From Heptranchias perlo (lineage: Eukaryota): a DNA stretch of 64,000 bases. Both the position numbers and the translations under genes were made by a program. The stretch spans positions 134,850,001 to 134,914,000 of the forward strand of contig NC_090325.1 of assembly GCF_035084215.1 (NCBI RefSeq), written 5' to 3'. Position 1 is the stretch's first letter; every line of letters begins with the position of its first letter. Below, piece by piece: positions 61,734 through 64,000 of the stretch. The notes beneath the pieces were generated by a model. The model made no database searches. It saw nothing but the letters and a program-made list of their open reading frames with translations, and was not told the DNA's origin.

Positions 61734-64000
61734 ACAGCCTGACATAGCCATACTCAAAGAATCATACCTTTCAGCCAACGTTCCAGACTCTTCATCACCA
61801 TCCCTGGGTATGTCCTGTCCCACCGGCCGGAAAGAACCACCAGAGGTGGCGGTAAAGTGGTATACAGTCAGGTGGGAGTGGCCCTGGGAGTCCTCAATAT
61901 TGACTCCGGACGCCATGAAATCTCATGGCATCAGGTCAAACATGGGAAAGAAAACCGCCTGCTGATTACCAGTTACCGCCCTCCCTCAGCTGATGAATCA
62001 GTCCTCCTCCATGTTGAGCTCCACTTGGAGGAAGCAATGAGGGTAGCAAGGGCACAGAATGTACTCTGGGTGGGGGACTTCAATGTCCATCAAGAGTGAC
62101 TCAGTAGCACCACTACTGACCGAGCTGGCTGAGTCCTGAAGCACATAGCTGCCAGACTGGGCCTGCATCAGGTGGAGAGTGAACCAACATGAGGGAAAAA
62201 CCTACTTGACCTCGTCCTCACAAATCTACCTGTCACACATGCTTCTGTCCATGACAGTATTGGTAGGAGTGACCATCACACAGTCCTTGTGGAGATGAAG
62301 TCCCATCTTCACACTGAGGACACCATCCAACGTGTTGTGTGGCACTACCACCGTGCTAAATGGGACAGATTCAGAACAGATCTAGCAGCTCAAATCTGGG
62401 CATCCATGAGGCGCTGTAGGCCATCAGCAGCAGCAGAATTGTATTCCAGCACAATCTGTAACCTCATGGCCCAGCATATTCCTCACTCTACCATTACCAA
62501 AGCCAGGGGATCAACCCTGATTCAATGAGGAGTGTAGAAGAGCATGCCAGGAGCAGCACCAGGAGTACCTAAAAATGAGGTGCCAACCTGGTGAAGCTAC
62601 AACACAGAACTACATGCATGCTAAACAGCGGAAGCAACATGCTATAGACAGAGCTAAGCGATTCCACAACCAATGGATCAGATCAAAGCTCTGCAGTCCT
62701 GCCACATCCAGTCATGAATGGTGGTGGACAATTAAACAACTAACGGGAGGAGGAGGATCTGTAAACATCACCAACCTCAATGATGGCAGAGTCCAGCATG
62801 TGAGTGCAAAAGATAAGGCTGAAGCATTTGCAACCATCTTCAGCCAGAAGTGTCAACTGGATGATCCATCTCAGCCTCGTCCCGATATTCCCACCATCCC
62901 AGAAGCCAGTCTCCAGCCAATTCGATTCACTCCATGTGATATCAAGAAACGGCTGAGTGCACTGGACACAGAAAACGCTATGGGCCCCGACAACATGTAG
63001 TGCTGAAGACTTGTGCTCCAGAACTAGCCGCATCTCTAGCCAAGCTACAACACTGGCATTTACCCGACAATGTGGAAAATTGTCCAGGTACGTCCTATCC
63101 ACAAAAAGCAGGACAAATCCAATCCGGCCAATTACTGCCCCATCAGTCTACTCTCAATCATCAGCAATGTGATGGAACGTGTCGTCGACAGTGCTATCAA
63201 GCGGCACTTACTCACCAATAACCTGCTCACCAATGCTCAGTTTGGGTTCACCAGGACCGCTTGGCTCCAGACCTCATTACAACCTCGGTCCAAACATGGA
63301 CAAAAGAGCTGAATTCCAGAGGTGAGGTGAGAGTGACTGCTCTTGACATCAAGGCAGCATTTGACCGAGTGTGGCACCAAGGAGCCCTAGTAAAATTGAA
63401 GTCAATGGGAATCAGGGGGAAAACTCTCCAGTGGCTGGAGTCATACCTAGCACAAAGAAAGATGGTAGTGGTTTTTGGAGGCCAATCATCTCAGCCCCAG
63501 GACATTGCTGCAGGGGTTCCTCAGGGCAGTGTCCTAGGCCCAACCATCTTCAGCTGTTTCATCAATGACCTTCCCTCCATCATAAGGTCAGAAATGGGGA
63601 TGTTCGCTGATGATTGCACAGTGTTCAGTTCCATTCGCAACCCCTCAGATAATGAAGCAGTCCCACATGCAGCAAGACCTGGACCAGAAACTTAACTAGA
63701 CCAGCCACATAAATACTGTGGCTACAAGAGCAGGTCAGAGGCTGGGTATTCTGCAGCGAGTGACTCACTTCCTGACTCCCCAAAGCCTTTCCACCATCTA
63801 CAAGGCACAAGTCAGGAGTGTGATGGAATACTCTCCACTTGCCTGGATGAGTGCAGCTTCAACAACACTCAAGAAGCTCGACACCATCTAGGACAAAACA
63901 GCCCGCTTGATTGGCACCCCATCCACCACCCTAAACATTCATTCCCTTCACCACCGACGCACCGTAGCTGCAGTGTGTGCCATCCGCTCGATGCGCTGCA
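61731..64000 (+). mobile_element. Family B non-LTR retrotransposon, APE + RT, decayed, runs off the window
   Basis: YRPPS, VGDFN, NYCPISLLS, GVPQGSVLGP, MFADD; stops and an internal deletion near 63684. Confidence 0.92.

Noticed and set aside
1-64000. Other NUBPL exons (DMPPGTGD exon; QNMS..CPKC exon), CRISPR arrays or prokaryotic systems
   Set aside because: A manual scan for the expected codon patterns found none; the sequence is eukaryotic intronic DNA with no repeat-spacer array. A missed diverged exon cannot be fully excluded.

Overview
Repeat-dense vertebrate intronic DNA, most likely from a shark or other cartilaginous fish. This is inferred from the repeat families: CR1 LINEs, DeuSINE/SacSINE1-like and LF-SINE-like SINEs, L2, Harbinger MITEs and Penelope-type ends. 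The only host coding sequence I can support is one 86-bp internal exon of NUBPL (Ind1, Mrp/NBP35-family Fe-S carrier for complex I) on the minus strand at 32671-32756, so the rest of the window is probably its flanking introns. Almost all listed ORFs are decayed transposon frames or chance ORFs. The most unusual structures are: (1) three short hammerhead-ribozyme-bearing Penelope-type insertions, two of them fold-back palindromes, one of which encloses a 156-bp near-perfect copy of DNA lying ~100 bp from the insertion site; (2) three copies of a chimeric Harbinger element carrying a spliced Myb/SANT remnant and the same CR1 3'-end cargo; (3) a LINE 5' end with a degenerate tRNA/SINE-like head running into the endonuclease frame; (4) an unexplained diverged direct repeat whose two copies both begin at splice-acceptor-like sites. 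Family names are from memory of consensus sequences, not database searches; boundaries of old repeats are approximate.
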